Below are positions 10,247 to 20,598 of a DNA stretch of 37,442 nt, in pieces (the stretch's first letter is position 1; each line of letters opens with the position of its first letter). A program made the translations under genes and the position numbers. The DNA lies in the NCBI GenBank assembly GCA_051382305.1, contig JBBCAV010000293.1, positions 1-37,442 of the forward strand, read 5' to 3'. Under the pieces are notes generated by a model that worked only from the letters and a program-made list of their open reading frames with translations, was not told where the DNA came from and searched no databases. This DNA comes from Bdellovibrionota bacterium FG-2. GTDB taxonomy: Bacteria > Bdellovibrionota > UBA1018.

Positions 10247-12560
10247 ATTTTTAGTACAAAATTCGCGACCATTTGTAAAAGAACGTGCGTGTCTACGGGT
10301 TTGGCAAGATAGCCATGAAACCCCGCTTCATTTGCCTGTTTTTGGTCTTCTGGCCCAGCATAGGCCGTTAACGCAATAACAGGAGTTGGCCTGTCCTTCT
10401 GCGAAGGCATACTTCTGATCTGCTCAAAAAGACCATAACCATCTATGTCTGGCATTGCGATGTCGCTGATGATCAGATCGAAAGTGAACCCACTGAGGAT
10501 TTCGAGGGCCTGTTTTGCAGACAATGCGGACCGGACAACAACACCGTAGGATTCGAGTACCGTCCTTATGGCTTCAAGAGTGACTGGATCATCGTCGACA
10601 CACAGGATCTTCGTGCCCTTGATTTGAGCAACCTCCTCCAGCGTTATCTGACGCATGATGGGATGAAGCGAAGCTTCAGGTTGAATCGCAGGTGCTCTGA
10701 TCGGCAAATGAAAAGTGAACGTTGCCCCCGCGTCTTTGCCTGGGCTTTCAGCTTTGATCGCGCCACCCATCATTCTAACAAGACTGCTTGAAATCGCCAG
10801 CCCCAGCCCAAGTCCACCATAGAGCCTTGTCGAGGAACTAACGGCCTGAGAAAAGCGGTCAAAGATATGGCCCAGAAATTCAGGAGCGATTCCCATTCCG
10901 TTATCACGAATGACGAACTCCGCATAATGGTCGCCGCTGCGCAAACTGACCCAAATCTTGCCCCCACGAGGCGTAAACTTGAGTGCGTTGCCTAAAAGGT
11001 TCCACAAGATTTGATGCAATCTAAGTGGATCCGCAAAAACCGTTGTTACGTCCGTTGCTACTTCATGAATGATCTCAATCTGCTTTTCTGCGGCAGCCGA
11101 AGCATGGGTCTCGATCTCTGAGAATATGATTTGAGCGGGAGAAATTTCCCTACTTTCAAGCATAAGTTTTCCCGAAGCGATCCTGGAAACATCAAGGAGG
11201 TCGTTGATGAGCCGCGATTGACTTCGGGCGCTTTGTTCAATGGCTTCGATCCCTCTTTGAGATTTTTCCGGGGCAAGCCTGCCGCATTTAATGAGTTGTG
11301 ACCAAGATAAAATCTCCGTAAGCGGCGTACGCAGTTCATGCGAGAGGGTCGCAAGAAAGAGGTCTTTAGTTCGATTGGCTTGCTCTGCAAATTCCTTTGC
11401 CTCGCGCAAAGCCCCTTCCGCCTGCTTGCGCTCCGTGATATCCTGAAAAACCCCAAAAACTGTCTTGGCCTCAGCAGAGAATTCACGCCTTTTACCGAGA
11501 GCACGAACCATCCGAGAATTGCCTCTTGCGGTTACTATTTCCAATTCTAAATCAAACGGATCTCCGCGTTCGATTGTGCGCTGCAAGGCCTGTGTGATGA
11601 TCGGAACACACGAAGGGGTATAAAAGCCAATGGCTGTGTCGACGGTTGGCTTGAAGTGCAAATCCACTTCGTGGATAGAATAGACTTTATCGGTCCAGGT
11701 CAGTTCCTGTCTGATAAGATCAAGCTCCCATCCGCCGATCTTTCCCAATTTTCCAGTTTCATTGAGAAGTGACTTACTTCTATTTATAGCCTCTTCTGCC
11801 TATTTCCGCTCCGTAACATCTTCATGGATCAATACAATATTATTAACTCGGCCTTCCCTATTTTTGATAGGAAAAGCAATTGACCTGACCGAGCGTTTGA
11901 ACCCACGTCCAAGAGAATCTCTTGAATCATAATCTCTTACCGGAAGCTCGACTGTTTCGCCGGCAAAGGCCTTCTTAAGATAGGACATCAATCCCAAGAT
12001 CTCAAGCTGCTGATCATTAAGAATGTTGTAGGTTTGAAGATCCTCAAGAGACAGACCCCACAAATTCTCAAATGACTTACTCACTTTTATTGTTCTGCCG
12101 CTCGGGTCCAGTATTTGAATACTAAGGGGTGACTGTTCAACGATGAATCTGAAGCGCTCCTCACTCTCATGAAGTTCATCCGCAGCCCGCTTACGCTCAG
12201 TAATGTCTTCGTGAATCGAAATAAAGATTGCACCATATTCTGGATGTTGAAAAGTCTTCACAGTAGCCATGCACCAAAAAGGGGAGCCATCTTTTTTTGC
12301 GTTCTGAACTCCCCCCTTCCATTCGCCGCAGCGACTGAGGGTCTCCTCAATATCGTCCCCAACCGATCGTCAAAATTCACTATCCCTACGGGTTTCCCAA
12401 TAAGTTCGCCAGGGCTGTAGCCAAAAAGCTGCTCAAATTTCGAGTTCGCATATACGATCCTAAAGTCGCTCGCTCGGACAAAGTAAACACCATCCGTCAT
12501 CGAATCTAAAATCAGACTCTGGAGGCTCTGATCTGCTTTATTGCGAACGCCATGCGACAT
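10243..12560 (-). pseudogene. PAS-PAS-PAS-HisKA-HATPase-REC hybrid histidine kinase, disrupted
   Basis: Three ORFs form one gene. There is a frameshift near 12370, after which the PAS motif EWKGGVQNAKKDGSPFWC continues in another frame. An in-frame TAG sits at 11800-11802 in TERK*AEEA. Kinase (SHELRTPL, NALKFT, GGLGLGL) and REC (VDDD, DIAMP, LAKP) motifs lie in 10243-11748. Confidence 0.85.
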
Positions 12561-12623
12561 TGAGACTCCTCAGTAGGAATCCCCATAGTAAATTACCATA
12601 AATACCACAATTCACATTCCAAC

Positions 12624-13259
12624 TCAGGGTGCAAGCCTCTGAGTTTCCCAGTGCGCCCCTTTTTTGCGAAACACAAGCCGGTCGTGAAGCCTAAACACCT
12701 TACCTTCCCAAAACTCAATCATTTCGGGCTCAATCCGATACCCCCCCCAACCCTCCGGGCACGGGATTTCTTTACCCTTATAGAGATCCTCGATCTCCGC
12801 GACGCGATCCTTCAAAACCGACGGATCCGAAATCACTGAACTCTGGTTCGAGGCAATGGCCCCAATCTGACTCCCCCGCGGACGGCTCACCCAATAACGA
12901 GAAGACTCTTCGAACGAAAGCTTCTCCACCGAACCTTCTATTCGAATTTGACGTTCGGGGTTGCCCCAATGAAAGGTCAGAGCCACAAAAGGGTTTTGGG
13001 CAATTTCGGCAGCTTTTCTGCTCGAATAGTTCGTAAAAAAACTGAACCCATTTCGCTTTATTCCCTTAAATAAAACAATCCGGGCAGAAGGGCGCCCCTC
13101 GCGCGTGGCAGTCGCAAGCGTCGCTGAGTCTGGCTGATGCATAACGGCCGGAGGATAGATTATTTTTAACAGCGAGCGCCTAATCCCGGCTTGCGCAGCG
13201 TGTTTGTACCAGTCATTGAAAAGATCAAACGGATTAGAATAGGATTGCATGGAGCCCAT
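12624..13259 (-). CDS. pdxH: Pyridoxamine 5'-phosphate oxidase
   Basis: PSARIVLFKG, FFTNYSSRKA, RQIRIEG, SRPRGSQIGA, WGGYRI, EFWEG..RLHDR. Start is at 13259 or 13250. Confidence 0.95.
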   Translation of the reverse strand: MGSMQSYSNPFDLFNDWYKHAAQAGIRRSLLKIIYPPAVMHQPDSATLATATREGRPSARIVLFKGIKRNGFSFFTNYSSRKAAEIAQNPFVALTFHWGNPERQIRIEGSVEKLSFEESSRYWVSRPRGSQIGAIASNQSSVISDPSVLKDRVAEIEDLYKGKEIPCPEGWGGYRIEPEMIEFWEGKVFRLHDRLVFRKKGAHWETQRLAP

Positions 13260-13306
13260 AGGGTCAATGAAATAACTCAGAACCCAACCATTTACGAGAC
13301 CTTTGA

Positions 13307-13807
13307 TCAAGGTGACGTAATCGTGAACGTGAGGGTATCGCTATAGGAGCCCTGCATGAGGCTTTCTGGCGTGGAGCCCGTGTAACTGACGGTCAGCGAC
13401 TTTGCGATATTGACGATCGAATTCACAGGAGCACTCGTGGTTACTATTGGGGGTGTAGTCGAGAGCGTAAACTCTGAGTTGTTGTATTGGGCCGTATAGG
13501 AAACGCTCCCTAAGTTCCCATTTTTCAAAAGCCCAGCATTCGTGGACGCGACTTTTACAGTGTGTCCGAGTGTTGTGTTGTTGATTTCTCGCACTGTTGC
13601 GACGTTGAGTTTGGTTCGTGTCGTCAACAGGTCCAACGAATCATAGCCTACTACGGGAGTAACGACGATTGCTGTTTCAGCGGAAACCGAACCTAAAAGG
13701 GCGATTGAACTCGTGGTGGCTGCCTGAGCGCATACTGCGACGACCAATCCCGAAACGATTAATAAATTCGATTCTATTAAAGATTTCAACATAATCCTGG
13801 GAGTCAT
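13307..13807 (-). CDS. Chaperone-usher/spore-coat-U-like pilin subunit
   Basis: Signal peptide, Thr/Ser-rich beta fold, C-terminal GSYSDTLTFTITSP. Confidence 0.65.
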   Translation of the reverse strand: MTPRIMLKSLIESNLLIVSGLVVAVCAQAATTSSIALLGSVSAETAIVVTPVVGYDSLDLLTTRTKLNVATVREINNTTLGHTVKVASTNAGLLKNGNLGSVSYTAQYNNSEFTLSTTPPIVTTSAPVNSIVNIAKSLTVSYTGSTPESLMQGSYSDTLTFTITSP

Positions 13808-14208
13808 CCCCGCAGACTTTGAAGGGATTTAAAAGCTCCCCCTCCATAGGCAATTATTGCATAGTTACTTCAGGAATGCAGAATATACAGCGATATTATT
13901 TTTAACATCGGACAGCTCGCACGCGAGCTATTCTATCCCGTTCAAGATCTGAATCGAAAAGCCGTTTTTTTTGATATATCCGACAGGTACATAGAAGTAT
14001 CCCACTTCTTTCTACCGCTGATTCAGGGGCTGAAAAGTGAGTTTGGCGTCTGCGCTTCTGCCAACCAATTTCATGAGTACCGAACTCCTGAATTCAAATC
14101 TCATGGTTTTGGGCCCGCCAGCGGGATTCTGGCAGCACTCCACTTCGGTGCTGGTGAGTGCCGCCGAGAGAAGCCGCGTAAGCGACCATTAGGTCACAAC
14201 TGAGCCAT

Positions 14209-15630
14209 TTACAAGGGCTTTTGAATAGGCAGAATTACCGTAAACTTGGATCCCAATCCAGGCGTACTCTCCACCTCAATTCGTCCACCATGGGCTGAAA
14301 CGATTCCGTGAGCGATAAAAAGGCCGAGTCCCAGTCCACTGATATGTCGAACGGTTTCGGAGCGCTCAAAGCGCTTAAAGAGTTTCGTGATTTGTTCTTT
14401 AGTCATCCCCATCCCATGATCTTTGACTGAAAAAGTTGCCTCATTTTCTGACTGGAAAATTACGATTTCAATTGGTTTCCCCTGGCCGTACTTAATGGCG
14501 TTTGTAATGAGATTGGCCATCACTTGCTGAATTCGAGCTGGATCCCAACAGCCGACCACCGGCTGGGGGCACTCGATAAACGTTCTACTCCCTGAATGTT
14601 CAAGTTGTGGCTGCAACCCTGCCACCACCGTTTGCATCACTTTATCCAGATCGGTTAGTTTTTGGGTGAGATGGATTTTTCCTGATCGGATTCGAGTGAG
14701 ATCAAGGAGATCGTCAATCATGCGAGCCATCGTGCTGCTTTGCTGTTCACAAGTTTTAATTCCCTGCAGGACTTTAGAACAAAGGCTCGCAGTCCCTTCC
14801 GCAGTTGAAACGATATGCCTTTCAAGAATATGCCTTAGAAACTGAAGCTGCAAAAAAAGGCTGGTCAGAGGCGTCTTGATTTCATGAGACGCATTCGACA
14901 AGAAGTCTTCACGAGCCCTAATCGTATCCTGGGCAGACCTATACAAAAGCTCTTTTCGAACCTCAGTAGCCTTTCTTTCGGTTATATTGACAAAGGTAGT
15001 AACGGCGCCCACAAGAAAATTATCGCGAAAAAGGGGACGGGTCCAATACTCCACAGGAAATGGATTTTGATCCGCGTTCCAAAACACTTCATCTTCAACA
15101 TGAACCGTACTCGAAACGATTCCCACCCCTGCTCCTCTACACTTTTCTGTAGGATAGAATGACCCCTCTGCGGTGTGGTGATGAATAATAGAGTGAACTT
15201 CCTTCCCTACCAATTCTGACGAATCTGAATATCCCAATATCTCAAGTCCCGCCCGATTCACAAAGGTACATATGCCTGAGAGATCCGTGCCAAAAATACC
15301 CTCAGCGGCCGAGTCCAAAAGAAGAAGTGCTTTTGCCTGACTTTCACGAAGCGCCTCCTCGGCGGCGCGAAACTTCTTTGTCATTCGAATAAGAGCCCAA
15401 GAAAGTCCTGACAGAATCGAAAAAGCGCTGATGCCTACAAAAACGATACTGAAGACGGTCAGCCTAAAGGAGGCTTCATGCTCTGCTTCGGCCCCAACAG
15501 GGAGAAACGCCAAATGTTTAACCTGGATGCAAAGAACAACGGTAACTCCCAAAATAAGCGCAAAAAGCATTAACAAAATAAAAGCAACGCGTCGGGGCAG
15601 GCGCCAAAGCTCATTCACCACAGTCTCCAA
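14209..15630 (-). CDS. Membrane PAS sensor histidine kinase
   Basis: Two TM helices, PAS (SAAEGIFGTDLSG..TFVN), H-box SHEIKTPL, NAIKYG, GLGLGL. The start is uncertain. Confidence 0.9.
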   Translation of the reverse strand: METVVNELWRLPRRVAFILLMLFALILGVTVVLCIQVKHLAFLPVGAEAEHEASFRLTVFSIVFVGISAFSILSGLSWALIRMTKKFRAAEEALRESQAKALLLLDSAAEGIFGTDLSGICTFVNRAGLEILGYSDSSELVGKEVHSIIHHHTAEGSFYPTEKCRGAGVGIVSSTVHVEDEVFWNADQNPFPVEYWTRPLFRDNFLVGAVTTFVNITERKATEVRKELLYRSAQDTIRAREDFLSNASHEIKTPLTSLFLQLQFLRHILERHIVSTAEGTASLCSKVLQGIKTCEQQSSTMARMIDDLLDLTRIRSGKIHLTQKLTDLDKVMQTVVAGLQPQLEHSGSRTFIECPQPVVGCWDPARIQQVMANLITNAIKYGQGKPIEIVIFQSENEATFSVKDHGMGMTKEQITKLFKRFERSETVRHISGLGLGLFIAHGIVSAHGGRIEVESTPGLGSKFTVILPIQKPL

Positions 15631-15750
15631 GAAGTTTTCGAAAGCACGCTACGTAAAAATACAAAAAACGAGCCAATTTCATTAGGTTTTCGCTTGCAGT
15701 CGCGCACCGCAACAAGATATGAAGAAATCTCTGAAAGAGAGGCTTAAAAT

Positions 15751-16749
15751 ATGTCAGTAACACGTGAGTTTCGCGCGGGCTTAAATGGAGTTTTGGATAC
15801 GGTTTTATTATTGGCTCTTCCAGCCTCCGGAAAATCAGAAGTAAGAAGATACTTAGCCAAACTGAACCCGGCGGAATGTCAAAAAGACTTCCACATGGGA
15901 CCTACTGTACAACTCGACGATTTTCCTTATGTTCATCTCATGCGCCAAACCGATGAAGCCTTGGTGCGCTTCGGACAATCCCGATTCTTCTTTCATTCGG
16001 GCGAACGACCTTTTCAAGACGCAAAAAATTGGGGCACGCTCATTGAACTGCTCAATGAAGATTACATGGACCTCTTAGACAAGAAGACCGTCTCCCCCAA
16101 AAGCTCTGCCGACTGGCTCCTTCGCCGCTTTGATGCTGCAGCCAAGACTGTAGGCGCAAAAGGCGCTTTAAGTGTTTGCGAAGGTCAGCATTACACTGCA
16201 ATTTGTGATGCGTTAGAAGCCGAGTCCTCCGAGCTAAAAAATGCGCGCAATGAACTCAACCAGCAGGACTTAACTGGAAAAACCATTGTCATCGAAGCCG
16301 CGCGCGGCGGAGCGGCAGATTCTGCGTTCCCACTGCCTGAGCCCTTTGGATATCAATATTCGATTGCGAAGTTCTCACCCGAAATTCTCAAGAGGGCCAG
16401 CATCCTCTATATTTGGGTTACCCCCGAAGAATCTCGCAGAAAAAATCAGGAACGCACCAACCCTAATGATCCAGGCTCCATTCTTCATCACGGAGTTCCC
16501 ATCGAAGTCATGCTTAATGACTACGGCTGCGACGATATGAACTGGCTAGAAGAAAAGTCCACCCGTAAGGGTTACATCCAAATCAAAGCTCAAGGCAAAG
16601 AATACGATCTGCCCATTGCGCGCTTTGATAATCGAGTGGATAAGACCTCTTTTATTCGCAAAGAAAAGCAAGACTGGGCGGCCCAAGAAGTCAAAGCCGT
16701 TCACGACGGCCTTTGCGGAGCCCTGACTCAGCTACTCCAAATGAAGTGA
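15751..16749 (+). CDS. P-loop NTPase / kinase-like hypothetical protein
   Basis: Walker A-like LLLALPASGKSE, IVIEAARG, SILYIWV. RBS AGAGG. Confidence 0.7.
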   Translation: MSVTREFRAGLNGVLDTVLLLALPASGKSEVRRYLAKLNPAECQKDFHMGPTVQLDDFPYVHLMRQTDEALVRFGQSRFFFHSGERPFQDAKNWGTLIELLNEDYMDLLDKKTVSPKSSADWLLRRFDAAAKTVGAKGALSVCEGQHYTAICDALEAESSELKNARNELNQQDLTGKTIVIEAARGGAADSAFPLPEPFGYQYSIAKFSPEILKRASILYIWVTPEESRRKNQERTNPNDPGSILHHGVPIEVMLNDYGCDDMNWLEEKSTRKGYIQIKAQGKEYDLPIARFDNRVDKTSFIRKEKQDWAAQEVKAVHDGLCGALTQLLQMK

Positions 16750-16868
16750 CATTTGATTGGCGGTAGATTGCGCCTTTCTTTGCGCAAACTTCGCGTTTGT
16801 CACAATCAGCTTGTTCCTCTATCATATAGATAAAAAGGGGCATGATGCCCTTTACCTAGGGGACACCC

Positions 16869-19157
16869 ATGGCTCTCATGATTCTCAAGACGTGCATGAA
16901 GCGCGTCGCACTTTTGGGATGCACCATTTTGTTAATCGTGGCTCTTTTGATCGGCTGTTCAAAGGCCACTCGAAACCCATCAAGAGTAGGATCGCAGTCT
17001 TATCTGTCTCAGGCCCTCTATCCTCACCCCTCTGGCTGGGCGCTACCCGAACAGCACGGGCTGACTTTTCAAAACGGGGGATTCATCAACACAGGGGCAT
17101 GCGCGAAATCCTGTCACGGCGACCACCTCAACGGAGGTTCAGGACCTTCATGTACGAAATGCCACGCGAATTGGCCCCACACTGAGAATTGGCGAAACAA
17201 AGAGCAGCACGGACAGTACATTAAGACCAAAGGGACTTCAAACTGCGCCACAAAATGCCACGGCGAAGATCTCGCCGGCGGTCTCTCAAGAGTCGCTTGC
17301 ACCAGCTGTCATAACGTTTATCCGCATGCCAAGAATTTTTCTGAAGCCGGCCAACACGGCCCCCTCGCTTTAGGTCAAGGAAAAGACGCCTGTAAGGGCT
17401 GTCATGGGTCCGAGCTTCGGGGCGGCGACACCACCCCTTCGTGCTTCACCTGTCACAAAGACAATTACCCGCACGCCAGCGGTTGGGCTGATAAATCGAA
17501 ACACGGAGACTGGGTTCTCAAAGCAGGTAAAGAAACCTGTGCGACTGCCTGCCACGGCAAAGACCTCGCCGGCGGAATTTCAGGTGTCGGTTGCTCGAGT
17601 TGTCATTCCATTTATCCTCACAGTGTCGATTTTTCTAATCCCGAAAAACATGGCCCCATGGCTCTGACAGGAAAAACAACGACCTGTGCTCTTTGCCATG
17701 AAGTGCAAAGCGGAAAATCAGGGACCCAGACTGTTCCGGCGTGTAGCTCCTGTCATGCGGGAGTGTTCCCGCATGCGGCGGATTGGGCGACAAAAGTAAA
17801 TCATGGTACGTTCGTGATCAAAAATGGCAAGAGCGCTTGCGCCACCCGTTGCCATGGCGAGGATTTGAAGGGCGGCGATGTCCAAAAATCCTGCGACAGT
17901 TGCCACATCCTTTGGCCCACCGAACATCGAAAGACCGAGTGGAAAGCCGCACCTCACGGGAAAAAATTCAGAGAACTTGGGAAATCAGCCTGCAATAGCT
18001 GTCATATCGAAAGCCCCGCGCCCGGGGCGCTCGCAAAGGCCTGCTCGAGCTGCCACGTGAGCCTTCCAAAACACGATGAGATAGCGTGGAAGACCCAAGG
18101 ACACGGAAGCTTCGTCACTCAATCCGGAACCAACGAATGTAAAAGTTGTCACGGTAAAGTGCTTGAGGAATTTTGCTCTAAATGCCACGCAAGTTATCCC
18201 ACGAAACACACCCCTGATTGGAAACAAAAAGCAGGCGGTCACGACCTCTATGTTAAGGGCACGCTCAAAGGAGACGGCAGTGAATGTAAACTCTGCCACG
18301 GACAAGATCTCAAAGGGGGCGACGTCGTAAAAACGGGATGCAACACCTGCCATGCTCCAGGTAAGACGCCCCATCAACCAGGCAAACAATCAACCGTATG
18401 CCAAGAAGACCCCGAAGATGAGATGTCCCCCATGGTCCCTTGCATAGTGGACATTCCTTTTTACAGCACTCACGGCAAAGACGCAAAGAAGAGCTCTACC
18501 CTCTGCACCCTTTGTCACGGTGTGGATTATAAGGGCGGTTTTTCGGGCAAGAGTTGTTTTACCTGCCATGACTATGGGAACTACTATCCCCACACGAGTC
18601 CAGGCTGGGGCAAAACGGGCGGCCATGGCGCAACTTATCTGTCGAAAAACGCCCACTGCGCTTCGGCCTGCCACGGATCCGACCTCATAGGCGGCCTCTC
18701 CGGCGTCGCTTGTAACAAATGCCACGCAGCCTTTCCCCATAGTCAGTCGGGGGATTGGCTCGAACATGGCAAAGTACTCATGGAAGGCACGGGGACAATA
18801 GAGGCGAAATACGTCGCAAAATGCGGGAGCTGTCACGGCGCTATAGAAAAATTATCTAACGGACCTTCTTCTCTAGGGTATTTTACGCCTCTAAAGATCT
18901 ACCGCTGCGGTGTATGTCATCGTTCCTACCCTCACATTGGATTCAAGGGTGTGACGTTTAAGCTAGTCGATTTAACCTGGAAACCCTCAGGGCACGCCTC
19001 ATACACCTACTATTCCTCGGTCGTCTCTACTATCGAGGACAGCGCTACTGGTTGTGGGGGCGTTTCTGCATTGGGTTGTCACGACAATCCCGCACGAAAG
19101 GGACCGCCAAAGCCTGGCTTGGGCATGGGCATCTGTAATGCATTTTGCCACAAATAA
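16869..19157 (+). CDS. Large multiheme c-type cytochrome lipoprotein (about 26 heme sites)
   Basis: Counted 19 CXXCH, 6 CX3CH and 1 CX7CH motifs in 13 two-heme repeats. Lipobox LIGC. RBS AGGGG. Confidence 0.92.
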   Translation: MALMILKTCMKRVALLGCTILLIVALLIGCSKATRNPSRVGSQSYLSQALYPHPSGWALPEQHGLTFQNGGFINTGACAKSCHGDHLNGGSGPSCTKCHANWPHTENWRNKEQHGQYIKTKGTSNCATKCHGEDLAGGLSRVACTSCHNVYPHAKNFSEAGQHGPLALGQGKDACKGCHGSELRGGDTTPSCFTCHKDNYPHASGWADKSKHGDWVLKAGKETCATACHGKDLAGGISGVGCSSCHSIYPHSVDFSNPEKHGPMALTGKTTTCALCHEVQSGKSGTQTVPACSSCHAGVFPHAADWATKVNHGTFVIKNGKSACATRCHGEDLKGGDVQKSCDSCHILWPTEHRKTEWKAAPHGKKFRELGKSACNSCHIESPAPGALAKACSSCHVSLPKHDEIAWKTQGHGSFVTQSGTNECKSCHGKVLEEFCSKCHASYPTKHTPDWKQKAGGHDLYVKGTLKGDGSECKLCHGQDLKGGDVVKTGCNTCHAPGKTPHQPGKQSTVCQEDPEDEMSPMVPCIVDIPFYSTHGKDAKKSSTLCTLCHGVDYKGGFSGKSCFTCHDYGNYYPHTSPGWGKTGGHGATYLSKNAHCASACHGSDLIGGLSGVACNKCHAAFPHSQSGDWLEHGKVLMEGTGTIEAKYVAKCGSCHGAIEKLSNGPSSLGYFTPLKIYRCGVCHRSYPHIGFKGVTFKLVDLTWKPSGHASYTYYSSVVSTIEDSATGCGGVSALGCHDNPARKGPPKPGLGMGICNAFCHK

Positions 19158-20530
19158 TGTCTGAGATCGTTCTCGCTAGCATCAACGCAAAATACGTCCA
19201 TCCTTCGCTTGGGCTGCGCTATCTTTATGCAAACCTGGGGACGCTTCAGGAAAAAGCGACGATTCTGGAATTTACGCGGGACACGTCTTCAGAGGAAATC
19301 GCAGAGAAAATACTGTCGAAAAGCCCTAGAATCGTGGGATTCGGAGTCTATATTTGGAATCTCAACCAAACCCTTGAAGTCATCCAGCTCCTGCGCCGAA
19401 GGATCAATGATCAAAAGGCGGATCTTACAATTATTGTGGGAGGCCCAGAGGTATCCCACCACAATGAGCAAAGCGAGATCATCGCGTTGAGCGATTTCCT
19501 CATCAAAGGCGAAGCGGATTTGGCATTTCGAGAGTTGTGTTTGCAAATTGTGGCAGGCCAGAAACCTGCGCAAAAAATAGTCGTGCCCGCGGCCCCACTT
19601 CTAACGGAACTCGTGCTCCCTTACTCTCACTATAGCGATTCTGATTTGCGCCATCGCTTGACCTATGTCGAAGCCTCGCGCGGTTGTCCCTTTACTTGTG
19701 AGTTCTGTCTTTCGTCATTAAAGCAGCAAGGAGATCACGGCGTAAGAAAATTTGAGCTCGACGCGTTCTTGAAAGAACTCGCGCTTCTTATCCAGCGAGG
19801 CGCGCGAAGGCTTAAATTCGTCGATCGCACCTTCAACATCGACCTAAAAACTGCAACACGGGTGCTAGACTTTATACGCCCCTTTGCGGATCAAGGCGTT
19901 TTTGCACACTTTGAAATGATCCCGGATCGGTTTCCTGAAGAGCTCCGAGTACGCGCAAAGGATTTCCCCGCTGGGGCCCTGCAATTTGAAGTGGGATTAC
20001 AAACACTCAACCCCGAAGTGGCGGAACGGATTAGCCGACGCCAAGACTATTCAAAGACGCTGGAGAATTTGAGATTCCTCAGACAAGAGACTCAAGTTCA
20101 CCTACATGCTGATTTGATTGTCGGACTTCCGGGAGAGTCGATCGAGAGTTTCGCCCAGGGCTTTGATCAACTCTATGAACTGGGACCCCACGAAATCCAA
20201 GTCGGCATCCTCAAACGCCTCAAAGGGACCCCAATTGCTCGCCACGATATTCCCTACGGCATGCGCTATTCGGAAACACCCCCCTATGAAATCATCGAAA
20301 ACACGCTTATCTCAGAACCCGAAATGCTGCGCCTCAAGCGTTTTGCCCGCTACTGGGAGATTTTTGTCAATCAGGGCCGGTTTCCCACTGAAATCCCAGC
20401 GCTCTTGAGCAAGGGAAAGCCTTTTAGTCGGTTTCTCGAGTTTTCTGATTGGGTTTACGCGTCTTCAGGGAAAACCTACGGATTTTCACTCGAAGACAGG
20501 CGCGAGCTTTTGAGAAAATTTACAGCTTGA
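19157..20530 (+). CDS. B12-binding radical SAM protein (DUF4080-type)
   Basis: INAKYVH, VGFGVYIWN, VGGPEVS, EASRGCPFTCEFC, HADLIVGLPGE. The ATG overlaps the cytochrome stop (TAATG). Confidence 0.9.
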   Translation: MSEIVLASINAKYVHPSLGLRYLYANLGTLQEKATILEFTRDTSSEEIAEKILSKSPRIVGFGVYIWNLNQTLEVIQLLRRRINDQKADLTIIVGGPEVSHHNEQSEIIALSDFLIKGEADLAFRELCLQIVAGQKPAQKIVVPAAPLLTELVLPYSHYSDSDLRHRLTYVEASRGCPFTCEFCLSSLKQQGDHGVRKFELDAFLKELALLIQRGARRLKFVDRTFNIDLKTATRVLDFIRPFADQGVFAHFEMIPDRFPEELRVRAKDFPAGALQFEVGLQTLNPEVAERISRRQDYSKTLENLRFLRQETQVHLHADLIVGLPGESIESFAQGFDQLYELGPHEIQVGILKRLKGTPIARHDIPYGMRYSETPPYEIIENTLISEPEMLRLKRFARYWEIFVNQGRFPTEIPALLSKGKPFSRFLEFSDWVYASSGKTYGFSLEDRRELLRKFTA

Positions 20531-20598
20531 AAAAAGCGGCCCGGTCTGGGAAAAACAGCCAAACAATCAAATAACCGATTTATTGAATGGGGGTTCCT

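Noticed and set aside
16757-16773. Sigma54 promoter TTGGCGGTAGATTGCGC upstream of the large cytochrome
   Set aside because: The GG-to-GC spacing is one base shorter than the strict -24/-12 requirement.
16757-17185. 142-aa ORF overlapping the cytochrome start
   Set aside because: It is an alternative frame of a well-supported gene and has no domain features.
17000-18800. Recurrent TGCCACGG/TGTCA(C/T)GG DNA motifs as a possible CRISPR or repeat array
   Set aside because: They are Cys-His-Gly codons of the heme repeats. There are no identical 25-40 nt repeats with spacers, and no CRISPR array was seen in the window.
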